NCBI GenBank assembly: GCA_039621445.1
Contig: CP154954.1
Coordinates: 5,131,955 to 5,195,954, forward strand
Length of the DNA: 64,000 nucleotides
Direction: 5' to 3'
DNA from: Euglena gracilis
Taxonomy: Eukaryota
Part shown: positions 1 to 12,000 of the stretch, piece after piece
Layout of the letters: the number at the start of each line of letters is the position of its first letter
Numbering within the stretch: the stretch's first letter is position 1
Made by a program: the position numbers and the translations under genes
Notes under the pieces: generated by a model
What the model was told of the DNA's origin: nothing
The model's database searches: none
The model's input: only the letters and a program-made list of their open reading frames with translations

Positions 1-43
1 CAACTGTGTTTGGAACTCCCCTCCAATCATCCTGCTGTTTCAG

Positions 44-3000
44 AAGGAAAGGAACGCTGCTGCCATGGAGCACACCACGACAGAGCTGATTCTCATTTTG
101 GAGGCTGCGCTGTTTTTCCGCCCAATTTATCACTTTTTTTTGCACTGAAGGACTGTATTTGACCAGTTCAGCAGTTCAATCATATGTTTTCGAAAGATCA
201 CATTTCTGTGAGTTGATTTACAATTGTGGAAGGCAGAGCAATCTTTTGTAAGATGATTTAACTTGAAGAAACGTGGCCTTGCCTTTTCCAATTTTTTTTG
301 TATTCATCTTCATTCATCTTCTTTCATCTGCACCTTCATTCATCTTTTTTTTTTACTCTTGTCCTGCTTTAGTTTTTTCTTCTCTGTTCCACACAAATTG
401 ACCCTACGTTTACTCTGCAAATGTTGTGATTTTTTGAGTCCGAGATGCTTCCACACATCATGAACAATGCAGAAGGTAGATCTGTCCATTGTTTTTTTTG
501 GCAGTTTCTCCTCCGCCAAGCTTGCCATTTGATCGGATGTTTGCATCATTAAACATAAACATCATGATGGTGGAAAAAAAAAGAACAAAAAAAAACGGAC
601 CAACAGCGCCCCAGCGAAAGACTGGGTGTTGGTGGAGTCAGCCTTGGAGGCTTTTGAGCAGCTGCAGACAGGAACCAGGGCCAAATGGAAAATGCACCTC
701 CTGTGACGAGAGTTGTTTTCCTGTGGCGCTTTCGGCACCACTGGTCACAGAAACTGCATATTCATAGACCAAACAACAAGTCTCGGCACTATGAATACAT
801 TTCTACACCAAAACACATTTTTTGTTTCACAACGTGCAGGATGTTTGAACTGTCTCACGACAGACCAAGGACCGTTTTTACAGTATCTTTAGTTACAAAG
901 TGATTTTCGAGTCAATACCCGCAGAAATGTGTTTGTGGAATAACTCCCCCCCAAATAATAACCCCCCCCCCCCCCCCCCCCCCAAGTAATAACCCCCCCT
1001 GAGTTCGGCCGCCCAAATAATAACCCCCCCCCTCCGGCAGGTGTGAATGCAAAGGAAAAGAGATTCAAAAAATAACAGAATGTTGCAAAAAAATTCCAAA
1101 AATGGATAAAATATAAAAGAAAGTATGCCATTAAAGCACCCATTTTTCAAAAAAGCCCCAAAATGCCAAAAAGTGACCACTGGAGCCGGTGGAGGGTTTT
1201 TTTGAGTCGATTTTTGACTTCCAAAAATCCCCCCCCCAAATGATAAATCCCCCAAATAATAAACTCCCCCTGGACCCCGACTTCGAGTGTCCAAATAATA
1301 AACGGGGGGGGGAGGTTTATTATTTTGGGAGGTTTACTCTGTGCGAAGCAATTTTTCTGCATGAGGCTGTGAAAATTGTCGTTGCTGTTGTTTTTTTTTT
1401 GGTCGGACGTGATGTTCTTTTTATGTGTTTTCATGCATGTTCCCCCCCCAAGGTTCTGCACTTTTTTTTGTATTTTCGTGCTTTTGTTTGATTTTCCCCA
1501 GTTTTTACATTTTGCACCTTTTTTTTTCAAAAGCATTCTCCACAACTCTTCACAACTCTTCCTTTCAACCCATTTCCCCCCTTTGAAGTATTTTGTGATT
1601 CCTTTTTTGAGTTTTGGTGCATTTCGCAGTTTTGTTTTCTTGGCCGACGTGTGGTCGTGACCATGTTTGTGCCATGCGTTCTTCTTGTTTACCAGGCCAA
1701 TCTCCCCCTTCCTATTTGCGTTGCACAGCACCAGACCTATCCCTAACCCCAGATAGGAGTGTCGGGAGCCTATCGACGAGTTTTTTGTTGTTGTTGTCGA
1801 GCGCCTGAAGGGTGGCTAGATGGTAGCGGATTCTCTGTCGGAGGTGCAAAAATTGCGCAAAAATGGGGAAGAAATGCCGTCAAATTTTGGGTCAAAACTC
1901 GACTTTCGCACAATTGGCAATTGTTCGCGGCGTTTTTTTCAGTGATGTTTGGCCCCCTGTTTCGACCTCCTGTCAGGCCAGTTCTAGCCTTGAGTTGGGA
2001 CCCTCCATGTGGGGAGAAGTGGGGGCAGCACGGAGCCTTTTTCAGCCCCAATTTTCTCAGCCTCTGAGTTGGACCCCCTGGGAGGGTTCGCCAAGGGTGA
2101 AGCATCCCCCCCATGTGGTTAGTTTCCACCAGTTTGGTGGACAAGCAGCGGAGGGGCACAATGCTGCACAATGCTGATGCGATTCTGGCGGTTCGGCCAA
2201 CGGTCATACCTCCGTCCCTTCCGCCCTGGAGTTGGTCCAATTGTTGCAGTCAGGCAAAGCCAACTGGACGTTGCCCGGGCCACTTATTAAATGTGCAGTT
2301 GGGAATGGAAGCCAGAGGAAACTCGAGGTTGATGGTTGATGGTTTTTATTTGAAAGAGAATCCTCCATCATCCATCACCCAAAGCTATAATTATCCTTTT
2401 TGTGTTTTGAAAATTTTATTTTCTATTAGGTAATTCTTGTTTAGTTTAGGAATCCTGATGTTTGTGAAAATTGGTGAATGATTTTGCATCAAAGGTCCCC
2501 ACTGCCTCAACAATTTTGCTCAGCCATTGCAATTTAGAGATACTGCTCATTTATTCTGCATACCTTAATGCAGTTTTTTTTGACATTTTCGAATTCCAAG
2601 TCCCGCCCCAAGTGCCTCTGATACGATACCCCATTGAACCCTGTTGAACCCAATGAATTTTGGCTTCTTTCTGCCCGTTCGGTTGAATTGTGGAGTTCAA
2701 GTCGACAGGATTTTGTCTAAACTGTGATGCCAACGCCCACTGTCAACGTTGTCCGCTACCGGTCACACTACCAGTACGGTTACCCCATGTGGATGTTCTC
2801 CATCATCGGCGAGCGGAACGAGCAAACCTTCGCCAAGAAGTACCCTCAAATGATGCAGTATTTCTGCAACTGTTTCCACTGGTGTGGCCCGTGCACTGGG
2901 ATGTGGTATACACATTTGCCACCTGCGTCATGATTATAGATGACTCATGTCTTCAAATATTAGTCCGAATGTATCAACTTCATTTATGTAAGTATTTATG

Positions 3001-6000
3001 CAAGGTTCTTACAACACATGACAAAAATTGATGGCATGATCGCCTCAACTGTTCAGCAAACACATTTCTCGGTTGCCAGTTGCCCTGTCCTGCATTGCAG
3101 AAAAACAAACATTCTTTCTTCTTGTGAACAAACCAGATGTATGTTTTTTTTAGACACGATTAGTTTGAAGGTTGGGGAGGTTCCTTCCGACTGTCCCTGC
3201 CACATGTTGCAGGTACACAATGGCGGAGATGCAGAAGAAGTATCCCAGGCCAGCCGCGTGCCAAATGAACTTCACCTTCGGGTGAACGACCTGCCGTGTG
3301 TTTGAAAGTGCTCGCATTAGCCACAACTTTGCTTCTTTTTTTCTTGTTTTCTGTTTCCTTTTTATTTGATGCTTTTCCTTTCAAGTACTCCTCTTCTATT
3401 GGCTCCCGCGGCTGGGCCCATATCTTCTCGTTTTGCGGAGCCAATTCCACCGTGATTTGCGTTGATCAGGGACGCGATGCGGCACCGAAAATCCGCAGAA
3501 AGCGTGGGTACGCGCATGCCTTGAAGGAAGGCCTCAACCTCAACCTCGGGGTCTGCGCTCATGCCATTGCACAGATGGCACGAACTGGGTGAGGGGAATG
3601 GGGGTGGGGTGGGGGGATAGGAATGGGTACATTCTTTCCTAGAGGCGAGGGGTTGGGGTGGGGGTTATGTTTGGGATAGGGTTTGGATCTCGTTGGCCAG
3701 GTCGAGGGTTAAAGTTAGGAATGAGATCTGGGAGGGGGCAGGGAGGGCGTGGGGTTGGGGTCCCGGGTTCGTGCTGTGTCTCTTCCATTGTTCCTCCAGT
3801 TGTTCCGCTCGGTGTTTACACATATGTGCCTGGTTTGGGGTGTCAGGGTGCTTGGCATTGTCTGGCAAATACCCCCAGCGAATGGTGAAGGGCCACTCCT
3901 GGACCATCCCTGGCCCTGACTCTTCGCGGTGCAACTGGACCAACAACCCCACCCAGTGGCGATTGGACAACCCCTCGGATGAGGTTGGTCCCAAACATCA
4001 AACAGAGGAGATCATGTCCAAACTCACAACAGAACGTTTAAAAATGTCCAACACTGTTTCTCCCGTGCATCCAGGATAATGCCTCTCAAAATGGGTGAGA
4101 CACGTGTTCCCATCTTTCATCATGCTTCATTGGGCTGGAGGCATCCAAAGGTGGTGTGGTGCCCATGATTTTCATGATTACAATCTAAATCAAAATCATA
4201 GGCATAATCATAATCACAATCAGAATCATAAGCATAATCAGAATCGTGATTGTAATTGGAATCACAATCATACTCAGAATGGTGATCGTAGTTTTTGATC
4301 AAGTTGAACCAGTTTTTTTTTAACTTTATTATGATTTCCACATTTTGGCTCGGAAATTCCCCCAGAGTCCAATGCCATAAAATCTGTATATTCTAATATC
4401 TACATAATTCTGTATATTTACCAGTAACTTTGAAATTGTTGCAAAGTCGACAAAGCTAACGATTGCAGAATTGTCGACCCCGTCTGTATCGTGTAATCGT
4501 TTCCTTTCCACCAACCCCACATTCTTTCCGCACACACCGGCCACTGGCCGCGCCCTCTTCAAAGCCGCGTTCTGGCGCCAGCATTTGTCCCCCATCGCGC
4601 ACACCTGTGGCCCGGCCCAGGCCAACAGGTCTGCCGGTGTTGCTGCATTTCTTGCTTGGAACCGGTATTTTTTTTTATTGGCAGACGATTCCAGTCAGGG
4701 ATTTATTGGGTGACCGCCGGACCCCCTTTCCCCAAGGGAACCCCAAAGGGCGTTGTGGGTCCCCGGCCAGAGGTGGGGGGTTTCGGTCATTTTTTTCCGA
4801 TGCGAAGCGACGTTTTTGACTTTTTGTTTTTTTTTTTGACCCAAAACCCCAAAATTGACACCCAAAGGGCCTTAAAAGAATCCTTTTCCATCGTTCCCTC
4901 AGCTGAATTTGTATTTGTCTGCACTGCTGTGGACAAGATTGGCCAGAGGATGACATTGGCTTTTTCAGCAAAGGCTGATGAGACTGGAGCTTTTTCAGGC
5001 AGAGGCAAGGCTGGCTAGGGCATTCTGCTGAGCTTGATATTATGTGCAGTTCCGTTGCCTGACAAACTGCAGGTGTTTCGAGGACACCCTGGATACCAAG
5101 CCAGAGACATGGAAGGCCAAGCATTTGACCGTCGCCTTCACCGAAGGTGACTTTGTGGTCCTTCCAAGCTGTCGGAAATGGAATAAGGGAACGTGGTGCT
5201 GAAACCTTGTCATCCTTCTGATCCTTCTCCATTTCCCCCCGAACAATTGGCATACACTTACGAATGATTCCTGGGGATAGGCATTGGTAAAAACTTGTTC
5301 TGAAAAATTGCCGGCGGAAAACTGAAATACTTCTGAAATGGTCCGTACACACGTGGGAGGTTTTGTTGAAAATGGCAATGAGAAGAATTTTGCTTATACC
5401 TGATGCTTTCATTTTGTGGCTGGTTACTCGTCGCGCAAAAATCAGCGGTTTGGGCGAAGTTCTCATTTTGGCTTAGAAAAACTGGGTGGTTTCCTTAAAG
5501 TTGACCAATAGTATTTGATAAGCTAACATCGTTTTTTGCTATTACAGCATCATTGACATTTTTTTTCTAAACCGTGCATACCTCATTGAAACCTTCTTTT
5601 GTTTTGTTGTTCCGCGGGTTTCATGATTATAAACAGAACCCTACACTTTTTTTTTAAATTTTTTTTTGCCTGCAATTTATCCTCTTTCCACACCTTAATT
5701 CTATGTGCATTTACTCCACTGCCCAAATTGTCCCAACCAATTTTATCTATGTCAATATGCATGTACATATGGCAACCATTGGTTATACGCCCCCCGCCCC
5801 AGGGGGGGGGGTCGTATAACCAATCCAGGGGGGTCAAATTTTTTGGGTTATTGATGGAACTGGGTTAGGGTTAGGAGTTTGGCCTAATTTTCAGGCTAAC
5901 GTGTACATCTAACACTAATGAATAAGTTAGGCCCAGAATTAATAATCTAATAAACTCAACAAAGAAGACAATGTGTGTGTGCATATGTATGTACATGGAT

Positions 6001-6720
6001 GCACATGTATGCATACATGTATATATGCACATACAGATATACATGTACATGTGTATGATACATGTATGTACATTACACATATATGCATGTACAATCCAGG
6101 GGGTTATTGATGGAATATGGTTTGGTATATTTTTTTCGTTTTTTTTTTTGCCTCAATCCCCTCACATCTTTTGCTGGTGAAATTTCAGTAAATTTTTATA
6201 TTTTCAAGGTCATTACCCACGACTTTGGTCGTTGAACATGGCCGCTTTAACCATGAATCATGGGTGAAGCACCGGCGTTGCAATTTCACAGTGCACGGAA
6301 CCAGTGGGTTGCAAGTTTGCATTCTCTTTGCTTTGTTTCTCTTAGCCGACCACTGTCCCCTCCGTGCCCCCTCTGCCCAGGTTTATTCAAACACGTGGAC
6401 ATCCAAAAGTACGGCAACAAGTCTCAGACCGACCACGTGTACCACGGCCGCCGAGGGGTCCAGGGCGTCGCTGAAGCTGCATACCCCCCTCCCCCCCCCC
6501 CCCGAGGTGGGGGGCCAGCCAGCCAGCAGCCCTTTTCCACCCAGCCGCCTTTTCCATTCAGCCCAAGTTCTCCCGGCTCTGAGCTGACCATGCTGAAAGC
6601 GCAGAGCCGGGTCGTTCCGCGACACCCTGGAGGGGGCAGAAAAGACGCAAAGCCTCACAGACGGTAACCCCCCCCGGTCTTTTCCCTCCATTGTGGGTCT
6701 GCTTTGTGCAGTGCTGTTGA
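44..6720 (+). CDS. Multi-exon gene A, 5' end outside window; putative GT-A fold (GT2-like) glycosyltransferase. Approximate exons: 44-102, 616-665/672, 1960/1965-1975, 2730-2881, 3213-3279, 3440-3568, 3870-3983, ~4100-4146, ~4551-4628, 5073-5146, 6381-6457, 6601-~6720
   Basis: Spliced peptide reads RNAAAMEHTTTELILILEKDWVLVESALEAFEQL...LLSPTPTVNVVRYRSHYQYGYPMW...CNWTNNPTQW...ALFKAAFWRQHL...RCFEDTLDTKPETWKAKHLTVAFTEGLFKHVDIQKYG. The hydrophobic strand plus ExD motif and the C-terminal GLFxHxD resemble GT-A nucleotide-sugar transferases; NFT/NST/NWT sequons fit a luminal protein. GT-AG introns at 2882-3212, 4629-5072 and 5147-6380 keep the frame. The frame of the ~4100 exon and the 3' end are unresolved. 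Confidence 0.6.
103..615 (+). other. Nonconventional (non GT-AG) intron, gene A
   Basis: 5' GGCTGCGCTGTTTTTCCG pairs with 3' CGGACCAACAGCGCCCCAGC; removal joins TTG GA|G AAA GAC TGG (LEKDW). Confidence 0.75.
895..1342. mobile_element. MITE-like repeat with CCCCAAATAATAACCCC motifs
   Basis: Several CCCCAAATAATAA motifs plus an inverted copy (TTATTATTTTGGG ~1318-1329); related arrays at ~33355-33770 and ~38355-38440. Ends and TSD not resolved. Confidence 0.45.
1976..2729 (+). other. Nonconventional intron, gene A
   Basis: GGC-CAGTTCTAG ... CTAAACTG-TGATG: CAG at +4..+6 and CTG at -8..-6; joins LLS|PTPTVNVVRY in frame after a micro-exon. Confidence 0.6.
5777..6110. mobile_element. Repeat family with CGTATAACCAAT / CCAGGGGGTC motifs and internal GGTTAGGGTTAGG
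   Basis: Related sequence at ~19262-19300 and ~20700-20935 (partly inverted); flanked by (CA/TA)-rich low-complexity DNA. Confidence 0.5.
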
Positions 6721-7208
6721 TGCGTGTTGCCGCAGGAAGATTCTGTATGGTTCTGGATGTTTGTGTTGCACTTTACCTCATTCCGTGGAGCTCTGTGAGA
6801 TTATCTGCTCCCCCAAACCTGCCCCTTCTCTTTACGAAAAACAGCCTGGCCTACCACGAAACCTCCCGCGAGGTCACGCCTCCTAACCGAAATTTTCACA
6901 CCGTCTTCTCAGACGTGGCCCCACGCCGCCATCCGGTTGCCTTGCTTTCCTGTTCCGCGGTGCTCACTGCGGGCTGTCACACAGGAAGTGCGGCTTGCGT
7001 CCACCGGATCCCATTTGATGATCCGCCCACCCACCAGTGCGCATCACGTCTTTTGGCACCTCTTGTTCTTCACATTTCCTTTCCACTCTTGTGGTGTTTT
7101 GAATCCGAGGGCTGTGGCAACCCCCCCATGACTTGGCTCCACCCTTGCCTTTGGCAGTGGCTGGGCATATTTCCAGTAAAAGCGCCGAGACGGTGGCGAT
7201 CACGACAG

Positions 7209-7260
7209 CCACCACCACCACCACCACCACCACCACCACCACCACCACCACCACCACCAC

Positions 7261-7321
<61 letters not shown>

Positions 7322-7950
7322 ACCGCCGCCGCCGCCCCCGCGCCTCCGCCGCCCGCCGCCGCCCGCCGCCGCCTCGCCGCCGCCGGCCGCCGCCCTCCGC
7401 GGCCGCCAGCCCGCCGCCGCCGCCGCCGCCGCCGCCCTCCCCCGCGCCCCGCCGCCCGCCGCCCGCCGCCCACGCCCCGCCGCCCTCCTCCCGCCGCCCG
7501 CCCCCCCGCCGCCCTCCGCCCCGCCCCGCCGCCGCCTCCTCCCTCCTCCCGCCCGCGCCCTCCGCCCGCCGCCCGCCTCCCGCCGCCCTCCGCCCGCGCC
7601 CCCGCCCGCCGCCGCCGCCCTCCGCCCGCCGCCCCTCCGCCCGCCGCCCGCCGCCGCCCGCCCTCCCTCCGCCCGCCGCCACCGCCCGCCGCCCGCCGCC
7701 GCCCGCCGCCCTCCGCCCGCCGCCCGCCCCCTCCGCCCTCGTCCGCCCGCGCCCCGCCCCTCCCGCCGCCCCTCCTCCCACGCCCGCCGCCTCCCGCCGC
7801 CGCCTCCCTCCGCCCGCCTCCCGCCGCCCGCCCCCCGCCTCCAGCCTCCGCTCCTCCCGCCTCCCGCCTCCCTCCGCCGCCGCCTCGCGCCCGCCCCCCC
7901 GCCCTCCGCCCGCCCTCCTCCCGCCTCCGCTCCGCTTCCCCCAGCCACCA
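7209..7950. repeat. (CCA)n-(CCG)n microsatellite grading into degenerate CCG/CCCG repeat
   Basis: Directly visible; explains the long poly-Pro/Gly/Ala/Arg ORFs in several frames. Confidence 0.95.
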
Positions 7951-9049
7951 TGAGTTTTTTGTGACCACCGGTGCTGCAACAACTTTCCTTTTGTGTGCCA
8001 GCTGTGTCACTACAGCACGAAACCTTCCAGTTTCTTCCCATTTTTCTCCATTGCAAAGAAGGGCATTTGGTGGTATTTTTTTTCCCAGAAAGAAACACCG
8101 TCTGCTATGTATTTATGGCGACGCAGGGACAGATACCAATGTTCCAACGTTTGAACGGACACGGTGCTTCCACTACTTGGAGACCCTCCTGGTCAGCAGC
8201 TTTAAGCAGCCGATCTCACACTTAAGCTTTTCTCTGTTCTTTTGCAATTGCGCAAAGGAACTCGATGTGGTTTGAGTCCAGGTTTTTGAACCGCCGGCAC
8301 TCTGTGTGTGGATCTTCATCATTTCCGGGGGTGAACCATGCGTACAGGCCAAAATTGCTGCGTTTTCTAGTCTGCCAACCATCCCTGCTTATAGTTTTTC
8401 CTGCATTGAAAACATTTACAGCAGGAAAAATCATCGAAAATCTTGAATTTATCGGGTCCCAAAAAATGTCGTGAAGTATCGGCTTTATTGGGGGTGCGTG
8501 TTCTTTTTGCTGTTTTTTGGGGCCATTTTGGGATTCTCCAAAGTCACAAAATGAGCATATCGGGGCACAAAATGATCATATAGGTTTTATCGTCTTATAT
8601 CGAGGATATCGGGGTGTCAATCTATCAAAATTTATTGGGACCCCCCCCCAAACCCAATATCAATATCCATCCTTGATCCAGAAATATTCCATTCAGCTGG
8701 CATAAAAGTAATCGAACAAGCCCATTGCAGGATGCACGTCTTTTCAGGCTCAAACTGAAAGGGAGTTATTTTTTCTTTTTTGATTGGCAGCGGCGGTCCA
8801 ATGGCAGGTCGAACAGGGGTCGAAAATTAAACGTTGAGAAACTCATTTTTTGACGTTTTGGGTGGTTTGGCCAGAGATACCTTCCCTCTCCCCCGAAACT
8901 CGACCCGTTTTTACCAAAACATGGCCATGTTTTCGCCATTTTGCCTGTGCTGGGACTGGAATTTCTCTTTGGCTAAGGCTGCATCGTGCTGTACCAGCGA
9001 GCCTCTGCGCTGGAAAGGCGGCAAAAGAGTAGTGGAGTGCACACCTCAG

Positions 9050-9070
9050 GGCCCGCCCCGCCGCGCACAG
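9050..9070 (+). promoter_or_regulatory. Probable spliced-leader trans-splice acceptor (AG 9069-9070) of the SEC14 gene
   Basis: C-rich tract ending in CAG 25 nt before the ATG; similar arrangement at 19032-19033 and 55939-55940. Euglenozoan mRNAs are SL trans-spliced. Confidence 0.4.
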
Positions 9071-9095
9071 ACCGGCCGTCCCCCCGGTCCCCGCC

Positions 9096-12000
9096 ATGAT
9101 GGACACCTGGGCCCGGTGGCAGGCTGCAGAGCGGGCCCCCGACCTGCGCCCCTCGCACTACGACCTGGCGCTGGCCCCGGCGGAGCAGGCGGCGATGCAA
9201 GAGATGCACCGCCGGTGTGCCGGCATGGCTGTGCCATCAAGCGCGCGCGGGGGGGGGGGTAATCCTAGCAGCAGGATTTGACTGCAGGATTTGACCCCCA
9301 CCCAAAATCCAAAGTCCTGAAAATCACAAATTTTCAGTTTGCATTTTTGCTCCCCCCCGTATCAATGCAACTGGAGTGAACAAGCAACCACACTTTCCAG
9401 ATAGACTTGGGTGGTCGATGTGGGCGTCCGTTCCGTTTTTTTTCCCCCAGGTCTGTGTGCATACTTGTAGTTAGTGCGACCGGAAAAAATGTTTCCGTGC
9501 GCCGCGACTACCGCGGAATTTTTTTTTGAAACCGGCAGCGCCACGGCAAAAATTTTTCTGTGCGCCGCGCATGCCGCGGCACTGGTTTATGTGTGCGCCA
9601 CGACCGCCGTGGAAACTTTTGAAATTTGTGCCGCGACCACCATGGCAATTGTCTTTTTAAATTATGTGCCACATATACTTCCTTTCGGCCCCTTCCCCTG
9701 CCTGGCCTCTTTGATACTTTCTTGACCATGGTGCTGTGGGGCGGCCCCTTTGATGGTTCACAGGCACTGCGTCGGGGTAGACCCCCTGCCGAAGTTCCTG
9801 CAGGACGCCACGTTCCGGCACACTGTGTTCCGGCGCTACCTTGGCGCCCGCTCCTGGGACATCGACCGCGCGAGCCGCATGCTTGGCCGGTGTGTGCTAA
9901 TCCTTGGCCCAGACATACAGCGCCAGACGAACACCCCAAAAGACGAACCCCCCCCAAGCGCCAAAATGTGCATTCTTCGAGTTGATACAGGTTTGATATT
10001 AGCACAACCGAATTAGAAGTGCTTCCTTTCGTCCACCATTCACTTCCTCAATTCCATATTCTGCATATTTATTCCATACTAATTCCTATTCAGCTTTCAT
10101 CTTTTGTTATTTCCTTCGGCAACCTCCTTGGCCACCACATTATCAGTCAAGGATTGTTTGTCAAAATTCGACACCTCGAAAAATTCCAAAATGCACCCAG
10201 GGTTACCCTCTTTGACTCCAAATTTACCCCAATCCCCCCCAAAATGACAATCCTGATGATAGTTCGCAAGAGTTCGCACACAAAAGTTGCAACAAGTCTG
10301 TTTCTGGGGTTTTTTCGCAAAAGAAAGAGAAACAACCAGTCACAAGGCTCCTTTCTTTATCTTCACCAGGGAGGGGTGGTCTGTTGTATGCTGTCTGTTG
10401 GCTTGTCAGCCTGAGGTGGTATTTCATCAGTTAGGGGGGGAGAATGGGGGGTTGTAAGTTACAGGCCAAGGCTCCAACCGTGGCATTTTTTGGGAGGTTG
10501 CTGTGGTTGTGTGCATCCCTCCGTGAAATTTCAAGCCCCAGAGTGGCGGGATGTGCTGGTTGGGTTTGGGCTGCCGGGCTGTTGCTGGTGTTTGGGTTGA
10601 TCTCCCCGGGGTCCCCAAACCCACCCCAATGTTGCCCCCCCCCTCCACAGGACGCTCGCATGGCGGGCGGAGAACAAGATGGACACGCTGCCCTTCCTCC
10701 CGGCGCCCACCCACACCACTGCACCACCTCTTCTTCCACCCGCGCGGGGGGGGGGGGGCTTGAGGGCCACACCAGCTCTGTTTGAACATGACCTTTCACT
10801 TCAGATTGCACAGTGGATGTTGCCCGACCCCAGGGGAACATCCCTGTCGGGAACACTGGCAGTTTTTGTATTTTTTGCTTTTGCACCGTTTTGTAATTTT
10901 TTGTGTATTGTGAGGAGTTCCTGCGTTCCACACCCACCGCTGGCCACTACCTGGCATTTTTTTTGGCCAAGTTGCCGTGACCTGCCATTTGGCAAAGAAA
11001 TATGTCTCGTGCCCAAAAGCAAGTGAAAGGAAGTAGGAAGCAACCCTGCCATCTGATTTCGGGTGCAAGGACGTGCCCCCGATGGCTTCTCACGGGGCTA
11101 CCACCTGGACCCCCACAGCGATTTGTACGGCCGGGAGTTGCGGAGCGACCCGGTGACCGACCGCTTCCTGCAGCAGATCCAGAAGGTCCGCCCAACGGAT
11201 TGTTTGGCGGCGCTTGCCAACGACCCCCCTCCCTGAACGTCCAGGGTTTTGGAGTTGAAGTGGGTGATAGAAAAACAAGTTGTGTGTGTAAGCCTTGCCT
11301 GTTCTGCCGCTATCACCGCTCCATGTGTGTTTGCTTGCCAGGTGTACCACGGCACATGGCACATGTGGGACCGGGAGGGCAACCCGGTGTTCATCGAGCG
11401 GACCGGCTACTCCGATCCTCACCTTGGGCTCGGCAGACCCCCACCCCCACCCCCACACAGCCGGTGCCATCCGTTTTCTGTTTCTTTCCCAATACAACCC
11501 GACACATTGATTTCCATTGGAATACGGTCTTCTCGCATTTTGAAACTGGTTTTTAGTCCATTCTGCAAGGCATCACTGTAAGCAGGGTCGCTCCCTCGAA
11601 GAAGTCTCACCTTTGGCTGACCCAATCCAAACTTCAGCATACCCTGAACCCACATCAAACCAAAACCCTACCTGAATCCCAAGCTTCCAACTGCTAATGT
11701 TACCACGCCCCCATTCCATGCCACCCCCCTACCCTACCTCTCCTGATCCTCTCCCGGGGTTGTATCATATTCAAACACACCTGATGGTGATGTGAACACC
11801 CATTTTTTTTGAGCAATGTCCATGGTACGTACACACATATATGCACACATATATACGACAGAGGGGATGCTGACACACACAGTTTTCCAGGCTTCTGCTA
11901 AAGGTTCACAGTGACGCCAGAATTTCTGGAATGAAATCAGCCAAAAAGGCACATTAGAAACACGTGGCGCTGGAATAATTTTTCCAGTCAGGGGACCCCC

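Noticed and set aside
2113-2210. WLVSTSLVDKQRRGTMLHNADAILAVRPTV as an exon of gene A
   Set aside because: No convincing splice ends; the 1976-2729 intron with consensus pairing spans it. Not fully excluded.
5863-5875. TTAGGG telomere-like units (also ~20843 and ~36064)
   Set aside because: Only about two units each, mostly inside interspersed repeats; not a telomere.
6693-8275. Long Pro/Gly/Ala/Arg ORFs (260-423 aa) resembling formin or extensin
   Set aside because: Open in several frames on both strands only because the CCG/CCA repeat lacks stops; no domain flanks it.
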